This document shows, piece by piece, positions 24,303 through 37,000 of a stretch of DNA of 64,000 nucleotides (the stretch's first letter is position 1; each line of letters opens with the position of its first letter). The notes under the pieces are model-generated. The model was not told the origin of the DNA. It worked only from the letters and a program-made list of their open reading frames with translations, and did no database searches. Origin of the DNA: Phoronis australis (Eukaryota; Animalia; Phoronida); assembly GCA_002633005.1 (NCBI GenBank), contig NMRA01000076.1, positions 746,748 through 810,747 of the forward strand. The letters are read 5' to 3'. The translations under genes were made by a program, and so were the position numbers.

Positions 24303-25186
24303 CAAGGATGCGTTCCGTAGACCTCAAGACATTAGCTTACATTTGCGGCGAAAACCTTCTCTTATGGAGCGGAAACAGTGAATTCAATCCCACAATTCAA
24401 CATTCCAACTTCACCGACCAAACACTTCTATCAGTAGCCACCATTTTGCTAGAATAGATGACAATCAACAGTTTTTGTTGGTTTTATGCTTGAAAAACCA
24501 GGTCTCGTCGTCTTCACCTTGATGTTCCCCGGGTGTAAAAAAACTGTATATATGAACAGTATACTGGACTTCAAAACCTTGCACAAAGTCTACTGAAAAT
24601 AATTCCAAGGTCAAAAAAGCGTCCATCTTTTACCACTAGTACAAGTGCAGTGTGCAACTTGAAGAAAACAAAGATACACAAAGTCACCATTCGCTTTCAA
24701 TTGCTAAATACTAGGAAGCAACGCATTCAGTACTTCCAAAATCCTCCACGTAACAGAAATCATGTGAAGAATTTGTATCGACCAGACAGACTTTCTTTAA
24801 CATCTAAGTGTCTAAACGTCACCTGAATTTCCTACCAACAGTAACTAGTTTTATGAAAACCAGGACGGATCAAGAAGTGGGTCAAGGGGTCAACAACTAG
24901 CATTTGTCCGATCAGAACAGACTCAAAAATCAAGCAAATGTTATTCGTAGCCTTCTCATGCAGCGCAAAACTTGAAACTGAGCCAAGTCCACACAGCAGG
25001 CGCTAAACTTTTAATGAAACTAGGGTGCTAAATTCAACGTATCTCCAAAACTACTGAGTGCCACCATGAGCAAATAAGCTCGCGGACATACCCGCAAAAC
25101 ACTGGCCTTTCATTCGCTTGATTTTACGAGGTTTTGCGGCGTCTAGCTTTTCTCGCTAGACCTTTGGCCCACTGAACGCTACCTTG
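24303..25186. mobile_element. Possible old non-autonomous TIR element in intron 5
   Basis: caaggatgcgttccgtag at the left versus reverse complement caaggtagcgttcagtgg at the right (4 mismatches); no clear TSD. Confidence 0.35.
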
Positions 25187-25235
25187 TTCGTGTATAGTAA
25201 CGCAGTTTCATGTCATTATCCTGTTACTGTTTCAG

Positions 25236-25338
25236 ACGTTTTATTATCCTGAGAATACGGGACTTCCGTTTGGAGATGACCAACAGCCCAAGTTTCTGCT
25301 TCTGGAAATTCATTATGATAATCCGTCAAAACGAGCTG
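25236..25338 (+). CDS. MOXD1: MOXD1-like exon 6 (third CuH His)
   Basis: tttcag|TFYYPENTGLPFGDDQQPKFLLLEIHYDNPSKRA-g|gtaggt; phase 1. Confidence 0.93.
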
Positions 25339-25808
25339 GTAGGTAAAGCGAATAATACTTGCGTACCCAGAAGTATTAAGCATGGGGACAAACGTGATGG
25401 ATGAATTGAGCAAAAATGCGTAATGAATGATAGTTAAATTTTATGCTGGAACACCGTCCCACATTCTACATGAGGGGAGAGGTCGCACTTGCTTTGCCGT
25501 TGCTTCCGAAATACGACAGGGTAACACTTTGAGGAAAGTGTTCCGGATTGATTGTTTTACCAAACATGAAATACATTTCGTGGCACCAAGTTCTTTGTTT
25601 GCGTTTATGACTATAATTGGCTCTCTTTAGGTTAGCTTTAGTATTTGGAATTTCAAATACTAAAAAGAAATTTTATGTTATTCCTTTTACATTCTACCAT
25701 TGCTCTCGTTTTCCGTCTGAAACACTTATTTTACTGACACGTCGTGCAAATGGTATTGACATCTTTTCACTGGTCATTGTGATCCATTCGTCTCTATTTC
25801 CATTGTAG

Positions 25809-25972
25809 ATTGGATTGATTCCTCTGGACTTAAGTTAACGCTTACACCAACTTTGCGCACCGTTGACGCCGGCACGCTCGTCGTCGGTGCTAGTACTCAC
25901 GGACAGATGATACCACCCGGCCAATCGTCATTCACGACATACGGGTACTGCCACAGTGACTGTACAAATGAG
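25809..25972 (+). CDS. MOXD1: MOXD1-like exon 7
   Basis: ttgtag|(D)WIDSSGLKLTLTPTLRTVDAG...IPPGQSSFTTYGYCHSDCTNE|gtgata. Confidence 0.92.
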
Positions 25973-26348
25973 GTGATAGAAGAGAAATTGAGTCTTATTT
26001 ATGTTTCTCTTTCCTTGTAATCTCCTGAAACAAATGTACTTGTCAACAAAAAGTTTAAAACCGCCCAATTTTTGTACAACCTAATTAGTGTGGTTCACAA
26101 TGTATGGTGGGCCCATCTCAAGCTGTCAAAAGCCAAAGCAATTATCAATGAAAACATATTTGGTCCTTATTTCATGTTTGTTCTAAATGACAGTTTAATT
26201 GAAATTCAGAGCGAGATAAAACCACACATCTTCCCTTTTTAAGGTTGATCAACCACCTGTGGAGTTAGTGTATTGAAGAAAGCAGCGATAACTTTTTTAA
26301 CGCTAACTTCATCAGGCCACAGTTCGTATGGCAATTTAATTTTTTCAG

Positions 26349-26597
26349 GGTTTGGCTAAAAATCCTGATGGCATCAAAATATTCGCTGGCATGTTACACG
26401 CTCACTTGTTGGGCAGGAAGCTGCGTTTACGTCACATCCGGAATGGGAAGGAACTCGAGCCAATGTTTGAGGACAACGGCTACGACTTTAATTATCAGGA
26501 GATGGTGACTAGGCGTTCTGAGGCGTCTTTACTACCGGGAGATGAAATGCAAATGGAATGCAATGTGAACTCGCAAGGAAAAACAATCATTACACGT
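26349..26597 (+). CDS. MOXD1: MOXD1-like exon 8 (CuM HxH)
   Basis: tttcag|GLAKNPDGIKIFAGMLHAHLLGRKLRLRHIRNGKEL...YDFNYQE...PGDEMQMEC...TR|gtatgt. Confidence 0.95.
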
Positions 26598-27207
26598 GTA
26601 TGTAAAATACTTTACAACATAATTTTGATTTATCCTCATTGGTCAGCAACAAAAATGGTAAAATATATTTACTCGCACTTCATTACAGATACATGAGTGT
26701 TTGGCGAAGGTCCCTACTAGACAAAAAAGCCTAACGATTTTTTGTACCTTTCGATTTTGTAAATCCAGTGAGTGCGCATTTTAAGATAGAAGTAGTTTTG
26801 TTGTCTAAAATATTATAAAGACGGTCACCAGGACAGGAATACTTAATACATTGAAATAAACCCGGCTTTGACCGTCAAAATTAACTTTAATTTCTTTATA
26901 AAGTTGGTCTCAAATAGCTCCTTACTCATAGTGATTTCCAGGCTGTGTAAGAACAGACAGTTTGGTATTGCTTGATACTATTTTCGTCGCATGAGATGAC
27001 ACAAGGTGACAAGGGATTATCGACCCTGATTTCAAGCAATAGCGAACTCGCAGTTATTCCCACGCGCCTGAGTCGCTTCTAATCTTAATAAAACTACGCA
27101 AGTTAGTGCCAGATCCATGCCATGAAGGTACGTTGCCTAAATCAAAAGTTATTTTTGACGGATGTCTTGTTTGTAGTCAACTGTTGATTTCTGTTGGTCT
27201 TTTCTAG

Positions 27208-27350
27208 GGAGGATACGCAACAGACGACGAGATGTGTCAGGGGGTTCTGCTGTATTACCCAAGAACGCAACTTAGCGGTTGTTACAGTTACACTCCTGGC
27301 TACACGCCATACTTAAGTGAAAAGAAGATTAATTACACTTATATTGACCA
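27208..27350 (+). CDS. MOXD1: MOXD1-like exon 9 (CuM Met)
   Basis: ttctag|GGYATDDEMCQGVLLYYPRTQLSGCYS...YID-ca|gtaagt; EMC and YYP motifs; phase 2. Confidence 0.93.
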
Positions 27351-28568
27351 GTAAGTTACGGTGACACTTTTGCAGTGGGTATTACGAAATCTCCTGAATG
27401 TAAAATTTGTTTGCTAATCTTATCTCACAGTGTTCCGTCTGTAAGCTACAAATTCAAGAAAGACTCTCATATTTCTTGGAGGTTTCATTAACTCAATATA
27501 ATCTAGTAGTGTTTGTAAAGATAGAACAAACAGTTGAAGGCCACTGGGTACAAACTTTTCCGGTCTCAAAATAATTTTATTGTGAAGTTGCGAAGTTACT
27601 TTGTTTAACATTTTCAAGTTTACCTTTGCAGTTTCGTACGCGAACTTAACCATTACAAAAGTACTTGGTAACTGGCGAATGAATGTTCCCAAAAGGAACG
27701 AGACTCAAAATTATAAATACGTCAATAGAGCAATTTACACTTCTACAGAGTTGGTTACGCGTTGGAAATTGGAAGTGCCAAATATTATTTATTGTCTTCC
27801 GCAGTGCCGCTCGAGGTTCCTTTAAAATCAGGAACAAACAGTATAGGTTTCTAGTTGTCAAGAACAAAAAGTAAATTGCGTAATATTTCAAATGAATCGA
27901 TAAGGTAGAAAGATGACGGATAATGAGACTTTGTTGTTTTTGGTAAACTGATCGGTTGCCAAACTTGAGCTTAAATGACGATTGACTGCAGCACCGCTTG
28001 GAGACGCCGTGAAGTAGGGCCAACATTTACCATGTTACAGTCTCTATTTTTGAATAGTTGTTAACCATTCGTTTATGTCCATTTCAGTAGATTTTATGGA
28101 ATATGAATGTCATTTGTTTTACGATCCTTAAAGGGCTGTTCGCAATTATCGCCATTTTCACGAGCATACAAACCGTACGATTTTCCCGACACCCCTCCGT
28201 CTCCCTGAAAGCTTACAGAAATGGCGATATTTTTGTGAGGTCTGTGTTTTGTGTCTGTTCAATTGCAAGTGTGATTCAAGGTTATATGCCAGTGTTGGTT
28301 TGTGCAGTAACGCGGAACAAAAGCAAAACATTAGTTTCAAACAATTCTCAGTGTTTTTTGCCTAGTTGAATCTTGGGGATATTTCTGCTCTTGGTTGTTT
28401 GGTCATGTTTTACGATGCGAAAAAGTGCTTAAAACGTTGACATCTGTAATTTGACATCACCATTTATGTGGCGTCAAAACTGTACACTAACAGCAACCCC
28501 CGACCCTAACCCTGAAAAGAGTACGGTTTTTACACTCGGGTCCCTTACTTGGTTCCTGTTCATTGAAG

Positions 28569-28728
28569 CAATGATGTGAAGATCACAAGTGGTCAGTACG
28601 CAGGCCTGAAAGCTTCCGTCGCATTTGAAAAATTCAAGTGGAACGAGGAAAATGTACGTTTACTGGAATCCACAACGAAAGAGAGTTCCTACGCCATGCT
28701 GTGCATGACTGGTGGGACATTGGTTAAC
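28569..28728 (+). CDS. MOXD1: MOXD1-like exon 10
   Basis: ttgaag|c-NDVKITSGQYAGLKASVAFEKFKWNEENVRLLESTTKESSYAMLCMTGGTLVN|gtaagt; phase matches exon 9; weakly conserved region. Confidence 0.78.
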
Positions 28729-30035
28729 GTAAGTATTACGTTCTGTTCAAACCAAATCCATACTCAAAGAAAAGTTAACCCAAGTGGTTGCTTTTGAGAC
28801 CAAAGCCGGACATCTGGCATATTCTCTCAAGCCCATTGCAAATAGGTGCTGTCTAATTATGGGCGTATTTGACTAAACAGAGCAGCTACGAGTATAGAAA
28901 GTCGCGTTATGCGCCCGTCTTCCTTCACTGTATTCGATTGAAAAAGTGTACAAAGATAGTGAAGGATATAATTCTTAAAAACAGTTTGCGTGTATACGAG
29001 TCCACGAAGAAATAACTAAATAAATGAAGAATATCAACTATTTTGATGGGTTTTGAGCAAATTCTATATAATTATCCTTCGAAAGGGTTTAATTTGAGAG
29101 TTAATTCGAAATGAGACTTGCAATTACGGAAAAATTAAAGGGTGTTTTTTAATATATCTTTAAAATTTTTGAAAGCACGGCATCTCGTCTTATGTTATTT
29201 CAGAAACTTCAGCTATCCAAGAGTCCCAATGAAAGGGTTAGGTTAATAGGCTCACTAATGACGGGTCTAAAGTGTCACAAGGGGATCTAAGCACAATTTT
29301 CTAAGGAAAGCGATGGCGTTACCTCTAAACATTGCTTGCTGGTGGCGTTTTTTGTCTTGACGGTAGGGGAGGCTTCTTCCAAAATCCTACAGGTTAATCC
29401 CACGAAATGTGGTTTTTTCATTGAATCTTGCTGCACACGGACCTGTCAAATTTTCGAGGCCACTCTGTAGATGGGTGGGTCTCCTAATCATTCAGCTGCC
29501 CCATCCCCTTCAAAATATAGTCGAGTCAAGTACACCCCCAGGTTTGTAGGCGATCCGGTAGTGACAGAGGTGATTGTCAACGAAACAGCCTGTGTCAAGT
29601 CTGAATTAGATCGAAATTAGTTCGAAAAATCTTGAGAGCGGCCGTGGTCGTCTGTTCCCTCAATTAATTTTTCTTGGCAACCCGGACCGTGTTTAACCGG
29701 GAGGCACAGTAACTCACCGCAGCGTACCCTGACAGTTTGACATAGACTGGGCGCATAAATATGTCCTCACTTACAGTTTGGAAATAAGTCCCTTAGACTG
29801 TCTAGTCTCGGATATCTAGATGCAATGTTTCGCCGAGTCGGCTGGGCCCATGTTAGTTTGCAAAGCCGGGATGATAACAATGTATGACACCTTAAACTAT
29901 TCCCCCAAATGTTGTGTAACCATTAATTTATGCATATTAGACAAGACTTTCCTTGTATTGATTCACTGCGCCAATGAGCATAGTATGATATTCCTATTCA
30001 ACAACTAAAAATTCACATTTACTGGTTTGCTACAG

Positions 30036-30221
30036 ATAACGAAGCCTTCGGAAACATATCGCAGACCTCTCACTATCAGCACCCCCTACCGACCACCTGC
30101 CAGACAATGTGTTCAACGCACCGCGACAACACCAAGTGCCGTAAACGTCGGTGCTTCGTCGCTTGCAACGCTTACCCTGCTTATACATGCGGTTCTTGCA
30201 TGTTTGGTGATTGGTTTTTAA
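30036..30221 (+). CDS. MOXD1: MOXD1-like exon 11: Pro/Thr-rich stalk and hydrophobic GPI-signal/membrane anchor
   Basis: ctacag|ITKPSETYRRPLTISTPYRPPARQC...SAVNVGASSLATLTLLIHAVLACLVIGF*; phase 0 matches exon 10. Confidence 0.85.
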   Translation: MTKPSETYRRPLTISTPYRPPARQCVQRTATTPSAVNVGASSLATLTLLIHAVLACLVIGF

Positions 30222-32643
30222 CATGGATGACAGTTCGCCGTGGTATATACTACTCGGCGACACTTTCCAAAAGGATACTTATATGCTGGACATCATCGGC
30301 AAGTGTGTGCAAACAGCCAAATATCTAAAAACTGTGAAATAACTGATTGTAAAAGTGAATATATCTGAAAGTAGAAAGCGTGTAGACTTTGATTTTCAAC
30401 TTAATATCAATTTTTAAATGAGTTCTTCTTTTCAATAAAAATTTTTTTACGCAAAAATGTATCATATTCGTTACACCATATCTTATATGTCAATTGTCAT
30501 TTTGTGTTTGATTTTACTTTATTTCTGTTTTTGTTGACGAAGGAAGTTTTTACATCCGAAAATTTCAAATTTCAGTTGATCCATTCTTGTTGTTTTATTT
30601 ACCGATTTATATTCTTCATTTCATGAAACAATAGTATCCTTGGGAGGATCTGGATCGCCTTATTTAGTTTCAGATATATTTTCTACGTTATTTATCTTCT
30701 TCTTTTCAGTAATGTAAGTTAAAAAAGATGATATATTAATACCAAAACTAGAGTATCATTTGTACTGAAATTTTTTATTTCATACATGAATAAATGCTCA
30801 ATACAAAATCTAAACGATACTGATGCAGATTTCCAAAATGTCGTTTCCTTTGCGTTTTATGCACCTTTTGGTTTTTTCATACAATTAAGTGCTATTTTTG
30901 ATTGATAGCATCTCATGTAAAAGTGGAAAATTTTAAGAAACAATTTTTTACAGAATTTTGGAGAGAACTGTTCATAAAACATAGTTTGTTCAAGTTTCGT
31001 GTGGATCTGATCAGCCGTTTCTGACGGACATGATGTTTTGAAGTTAGACAAATTTGGACATTTTTCTAAGATCCTACTAACATATGAAACGAGGGAGTTG
31101 CGTCAAAATAAATCATTGGCTATTTGAAAATATCCAGTCTTTTCACCATCCAAGTGCATTTGCATAGGAAGGGTCACTGCCGGATTAAGCTAAATACGCT
31201 ACAGCTTGAGGCCCCGCGCAAAATAGGAGCCCATGTCGTCCCCACAGGGGTTATTCAAAAGTTGTGGGGATGTGGGAGGCAGGGAAAATCCATTAAGCTA
31301 GAAAATCTGCGACTTAGGTTCTCGCACCAGATAATAGCCCCACTTCGTCATAATGGCCTTTCATAAGTCGTGGCGACTGGAAAAAAGCTGGCGACGACAG
31401 GGGGCAGTTTGAAAATTGAGGGGAATTGTAATAACTGGGACCTCACACTTTTGTAGCTTGGAGACACCGAGAAAATTAATCCGGCAATTGGGCACAGGTA
31501 TGGGAAATCTCTTGAAGAAATTATCAATCAAGTGTTTCTTAGTTCTAAGTATAACCAATAGATATCAGCACTTGTGTATGTTGAAACTAGTTCTGCGAAC
31601 AATCAAACGATGTCGCTACGGCACGGGCTAATCTGAAAAAAGGGTTCCTTTTCTTCAGCAAGGCGTAGTCTTGCCATGAAGTATGTGATGTTTGAGTAAT
31701 TTGCGCTTAAGAGAAGGTCAAGGTCCACAACAGTTTTATGACTGTAAAGCGCAAATGAGATATGTCAAAATGAAGTTGTCGTGAGCTTCGCTATGCAAAA
31801 ATAGTTATATTCGAACAAAATAGTCTTAGCAAGCCAACGAGTTGGCGTCAGGGTTTTTTGACATTTAAGACTACATATGCTTCAATTACATATTACATGA
31901 GTATTTGTAACAATTTTTATGTAAACTTGGATAATACTGGTCACGTCTGAATAATGTTTTCCAATATCGAATTCTGTACACTTAGTGCTCGAGTGCGAGT
32001 TACCAGCAACCGTTGTTCAAATGTTTTTGATTTGGAGTTGTCTTAGAGATACGCATCGTGGAACAACTAGGTTAAAACAAACAGACATTTGTTATAATTA
32101 CGTGTTCCAAAGAAAGTTCATGAATACAAACAACTCGTGAATTTTCGTTATTTTGTAGTGATACTCACGACCAACGATGATTGCATGTTTTACTTCACTA
32201 CATGGCCATCATTTCTAAATCCTTGGATCTACACGACCGAAAAAGCCAGCATAGGATGACCTATAATCTTAAATAGCCATCCGACCAGTTGAAGCAATGT
32301 TGAGAACACTAAACGAAGATCATTAATTTCCACAATTCTATACGAGTGCATTTTTAAGATTAATTCCTGTTTTCAAAATCTCTCACACTTTTTTAATCAT
32401 TTCCAGTGGTCAGTCGGTTTTTCGAGTATTCTTAGTGGGTTAAATCGAAAATCACACATTTTAACATTCGATATCGTTTACTGGTGTTTTACATATCTTC
32501 TTTGAGGTTTAGGGAAAGGCCCTTTCTTCTTAACGCGCTTTTGAAGACGTCTTCGGAAAAGCCTTGTTGTTTTTTCGAACTTGTTTATCACAGTTCATGA
32601 ACGTAATTTATGGAGGTGGTTGCTAAGTGTGAAGATGAAAAAT

Positions 32644-33392
32644 TATCGACTTCACGTAAGTTGCAACGTTTTCGCGTTTCTTTAATGAACGGGTCCCATG
32701 GTGAACTACCTTAACAGACAAATAAGTTGATTCAGTACGGTTGCGTTTTAGTTTGTAGTTATAGCTCTAATTACTGTACGCTGAAAATCGTGAAGTTCTT
32801 CGAGTGTTTATGCGATTGTGTGAGACTTCTTCATTTGAAAATGTAAATGTCAGGGCATCAATAAACGACCAAGCTTGAAAAACTAATGGCTGGTATAACT
32901 GAATATTTAAAAATATTATTTAAGCCAGGCTTACAGAGCAATGGTCCGAGGTTATGCTTATAATTAGTAGCACGCTGCGATTATTGCTGAAGTCATGACC
33001 AAATCCCAAATTTCAACTGGAATAAACCACGTAAGCGGAGACGAATTCTCCCTTTGGAGAAGTCAATGATCTGCAGTTGCACTATGGTTTTATCATGTGT
33101 AAAGGGGATTACTAATCCGCTTTATCAAATACCCAAAACAAAGGGTTCCACCCGAAACGTGAACCAAAGTATTCAAAGGTGGCGCTGCATGAAGCTTTAA
33201 CATGTATCTTGTCGGTAAACATTCTTGGCTAAAATGATGAAATTTAACGAAGTGTCATTCGACTGTTTTCGTGTTATTGCGGCTGTAATCAAAGCGCGTG
33301 CGGCGCGCGGAAGCCCGCAGCGCCGTGCCGTAAGTGCCGACGCTGAGTTCTTGGATTTGCCTGGCGTTCAAAGACTAGAAAAATGATGTAAT
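32644..33392. mobile_element. ~750-bp segment present only in duplication copy 2, probable insertion
   Basis: Copy 1 reads gatgaaaaat-agttgtgcac contiguously (~3021-3040); copy 2 has this block between the same flanks, with a GC-rich end and CTAG at 33375-33378. Confidence 0.5.
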
Positions 33393-34057
33393 AGTTGTGC
33401 ACTTCAGTGTGTCGCCAGATCTTTCGCCATGCCCGAGGTGAGGATTAGGTATGATGAAGAAAATAACGAATTAACAACATTCAACATAACCAGACAATAA
33501 GACGTTGGGGTCTGGCGCGAACTGGGGCGGGAACTCTGTGCACGTCTCAGCCTCACAAGAACACATAAACAGCCCCAAGGCTAAGCAGCAGTCTCGTGGT
33601 ATATCCCCATTCACCGGACACTAATAGGCGATGCTTGTAGGACTTTGTTATGACTTTTCCATTTCATTGGTATATTCAACACTCTTGACTTTAGTTAATT
33701 TCTGCTTTTATGAAGCCACACGGCTCCCGGGATAAACATCTGCCTGTCAGGACTAAATCAGACTCTATTTGTTTTTGATTATTAACTCATGTGAATATTA
33801 AATGATTACAAATACATTGAATAAAACATTTTAAGACATCATCGACATAAATGTACGATCTATCAAGAATAAACCGAATGAAGAGATAAGGTGTAATTCG
33901 AGTAAATTATACATTTTATGTAAGAAATGTTTTTAATGTAGAATTAATTCTATAAAACTTGAAAATAATAAAAATAACAGTCACAGTAACTTCACATAAG
34001 GTATTTAAGTTTGCGTCAGTTATTATGCCGCCGTAAGACTTGCTTTTTATTATTTAT

Positions 34058-34083
34058 ATCATCATCATCATCATCATCATCAT
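34058..34083 (+). repeat. (ATC)n microsatellite, about 8.7 units
   Basis: Read directly; not expanded at the equivalent site in copy 1 (~4365). Confidence 0.9.
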
Positions 34084-37000
34084 TAATATTATTATTATCA
34101 TTATTGTTATTATTTAAATTCACATTTACCTTTATTGTCCTGGCCAATTTAGAATGACCACAGCAATGTGTAATTAAAAAGAAATGATAACTGATGAATA
34201 CGAAATTAAAAACAGTTCATTTAAAATTGTGAGAACGCTGAAGCTACTCCCAGTAGGTACAAAAAAGATGGATAAGTCTTTTGTAAAAGCATGAAAACGA
34301 GAAGTGGTTCAGAGTTAGAGAAGAAGCGTGTTCCAGAGTGACTCGGTGCAGAAACTGAAAACGATTTAGAATACCTTAGCATTTAAGCAATAGTTGCTTT
34401 TGAAATGAACATTTCCCCCATTACATGGGCGGCTCAGCCGGCACAGAAAACAGTGGGGCTATAGCCGTCTCATATGCCACACTAGGGTCTGATCAGCGTT
34501 GGCGGTGACAGTACACACTTCTGGTGTTTCGGGCGTCTCGAAGATCCAAAAGTCTCGACTCAGCTCTTGACAACGACGGGGATTATACATTTTAGGTAAC
34601 CGTGTCATACACAACCAATGCGGCACTGACGGAATGTCTACAACAAAGCCGGTTTTTGAAATCAGGTATTCTTACCTTATGAAGTCTTTCAAAACCATGT
34701 CAATTAAAATATTTTGTATTGCTCGTGACGTTTTTTGCGATTTATTATCGTTCATAAAATAGTAGTTGAGGTAAGTTGAGAATGGGACCGAACAACCTAA
34801 GTCGTTCAGCGTGAAAGGTGATTGATAAACAGACGGGCTTCCTAAGTGAACTAGAACTACCATCATCAAATTTGGTTTTTCCTTTCGTGAAATCTTGTTA
34901 AACTTGATAGAGGCGATTATATTCATACCCCCTTAATTTAACTTTGAAAGCTGAAACAGTGTCGAATATTAAGCAGTGTAAACTTTCGCGTTGGGGTTTT
35001 TTTTCACTGCTGGATAAAGGAAAGACTAAAAATCGCCTCGGGCTCACCAGCAGACCGAAAACACCAGAGTCTCCTGTGAAACTATAAATCGCGTCACAAA
35101 CAGATCATAGATATCGAATTCCTGTGAAGAATTCGTTTCTGTCGATACTTCATCAGGGGGTCTATTGTCCTCTGTATTTACCTTCACACCTCCTATGAGC
35201 ATTAAGAGTTCATTTTTTGTTTGATCCTATACCGACCCTTTCTTCAGGTAAAAGAAATCGAATACTATCGTAACGCAAGTGAACAGTTGCACACAAACAG
35301 TGTTAATTTTTGTTTACGCTACTCGCGACAGCGGCTTTGTTCATTTAATAGTTTATTAACTTCCGAGCGATGGAGACACGGCTACTGACACCATAAAATT
35401 GTACACCACAGGAGAACAATTCATTGATACTTTTTAAATCCGAGTCATCCGATTGTGATGAAAACAGGTATCGTTTTATTCGTAGACATTATTTGTTCAC
35501 TTCATTGTCGCACGACAATGGCGATTGAAATCCCCGAATACACGAGTGTAAGCCTATTAGAAGATGTGTTAAAAGTAAATACGTACCGTCGCCACATCGC
35601 CTCAATTAATATGCCTAAGTAAGCGACCATTGCGGGCGCCACAGCAGTCGATTTAGTGGCGCCGTGTTGTTCCCACCCTAGGGCGAGGTGCCAGATCTTC
35701 GACTTTCAACCCCCTCGTTCAGGGAGGAACCAGTTTTCACGATGAGAACCCGTTTCAAATACACCGGAAAATACCGAACTGCTGAAATGTGGAAAAACTA
35801 ACTTTACTAAAGCCAGAACTCTGGCAATAGCAACTTTACAAATTCGAGAACAATGATAATAACTGCCTCAATGCTCTTGAGTTTTATCGAACAACGGACT
35901 CTCCCTGTAAATGGCAGGATCGTTTACAGCGGTTTCGCACATATACAATACACTTAATCAGAGAAATTGACAAAATTATAGAGGCGGTGTCAAATTAGCC
36001 AACCGATTGCTGTTCGTTTTCACGTTGATCCCGTTGCAATAGGACCTATTATCATAGATGGGCATTATCAAGACCCAAACTGACAAAGGTACAAAGGAAA
36101 GGCGACTAATAATGCGAGCTATTTGTAAGGGTGACTAAACAAACGTGTTTCTGGCGGCGACACACGGTGGGGTGAGAACGCAACTGATGGAGACAGAAAG
36201 TTTATTATGAAAGGGTCAGTGAATCTTGGAAATTTCAGCCATTTGTTAGTTGTCGGACATAATGTAAGGATTACTTTTCTGAAATAGCTTAACGCATTGA
36301 CTTCCAACTTACGCAATATGAAACGTTTCAGGCAATGTTACAAAAGAGCGATCAAGAAAATATGTTTGCAGTGACTCGGAAACGTGTTGTCTGCTTTTCA
36401 GTGCGAAAACTTGGACGTTATATAGAAAATTATAGTTTTTAAACATTTAATAAACACTCCTTCTGACCACAGACTGGAAAATATGCGACGAACATATGCG
36501 TGAGAAACAAGCAATTCACAGTAGAGGAATGGCGTCTACTTGGTTCCTTTTATGCGAAAAACAAGAAATTGTCGAGTGCAAATTACAACGTAGGTCGCCC
36601 ATGAGCACTGTTACTATGAAAGAAAGGGGACATGCGAAAAGCAAAAAAAAAAATATTTGATAAAAAAGCATTGTTACTTCAGGTTTGCACCTCGACTCAT
36701 TTTGAAACTTAAAAAAAATCCCTTCCGCACCAATTTCAGCCAAAGTTTAGGAACGTTTTTCAAAAGTCATACAAACGGATATTAAAAAAGCTTTCAGCGC
36801 CGTAGCCAGGAGCAGTAACCCACGATTAGCCATCAACGGGGCACAAAAACATAGCATTTTGCTTATCATTGGGGGGTTTTGATAAGTAAACAACTAAAAA
36901 TACCGCGCCACGTTATTAATTTTCAAAGAAGACTAGAACTAACTACGGTATGTTTTTTGGTATTTTTCATCGACGTACGCATTTTCTAATATCTTGACAT

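Larger units (their letters stand above)
9915..30221 (+). other. MOXD1: Complete gene span (ATG to stop): DBH-like monooxygenase, 11 coding exons, ~621 aa
   Basis: Exons 9915-10193, 13372-13518, 14271-14438, 22712-22795, 23615-23797, 25236-25338, 25809-25972, 26349-26597, 27208-27350, 28569-28728, 30036-30221; all GT-AG, phases compatible, no internal stops. Orthology within the MOXD/DBH-like family not tested. Confidence 0.9.
29300..34466 (+). repeat. Tandem/segmental duplication copy 2
   Basis: Collinear with 1-~4720; similarity stops after ggggctatagcc at 34466. Confidence 0.92.

Noticed and set aside
35630-35675. Paired GGCGCC sites as a BMP/Smad-Schnurri element (GRCGNC-N5-GTCT)
   Set aside because: Neither site has GTCT at the required 5-nt spacing.
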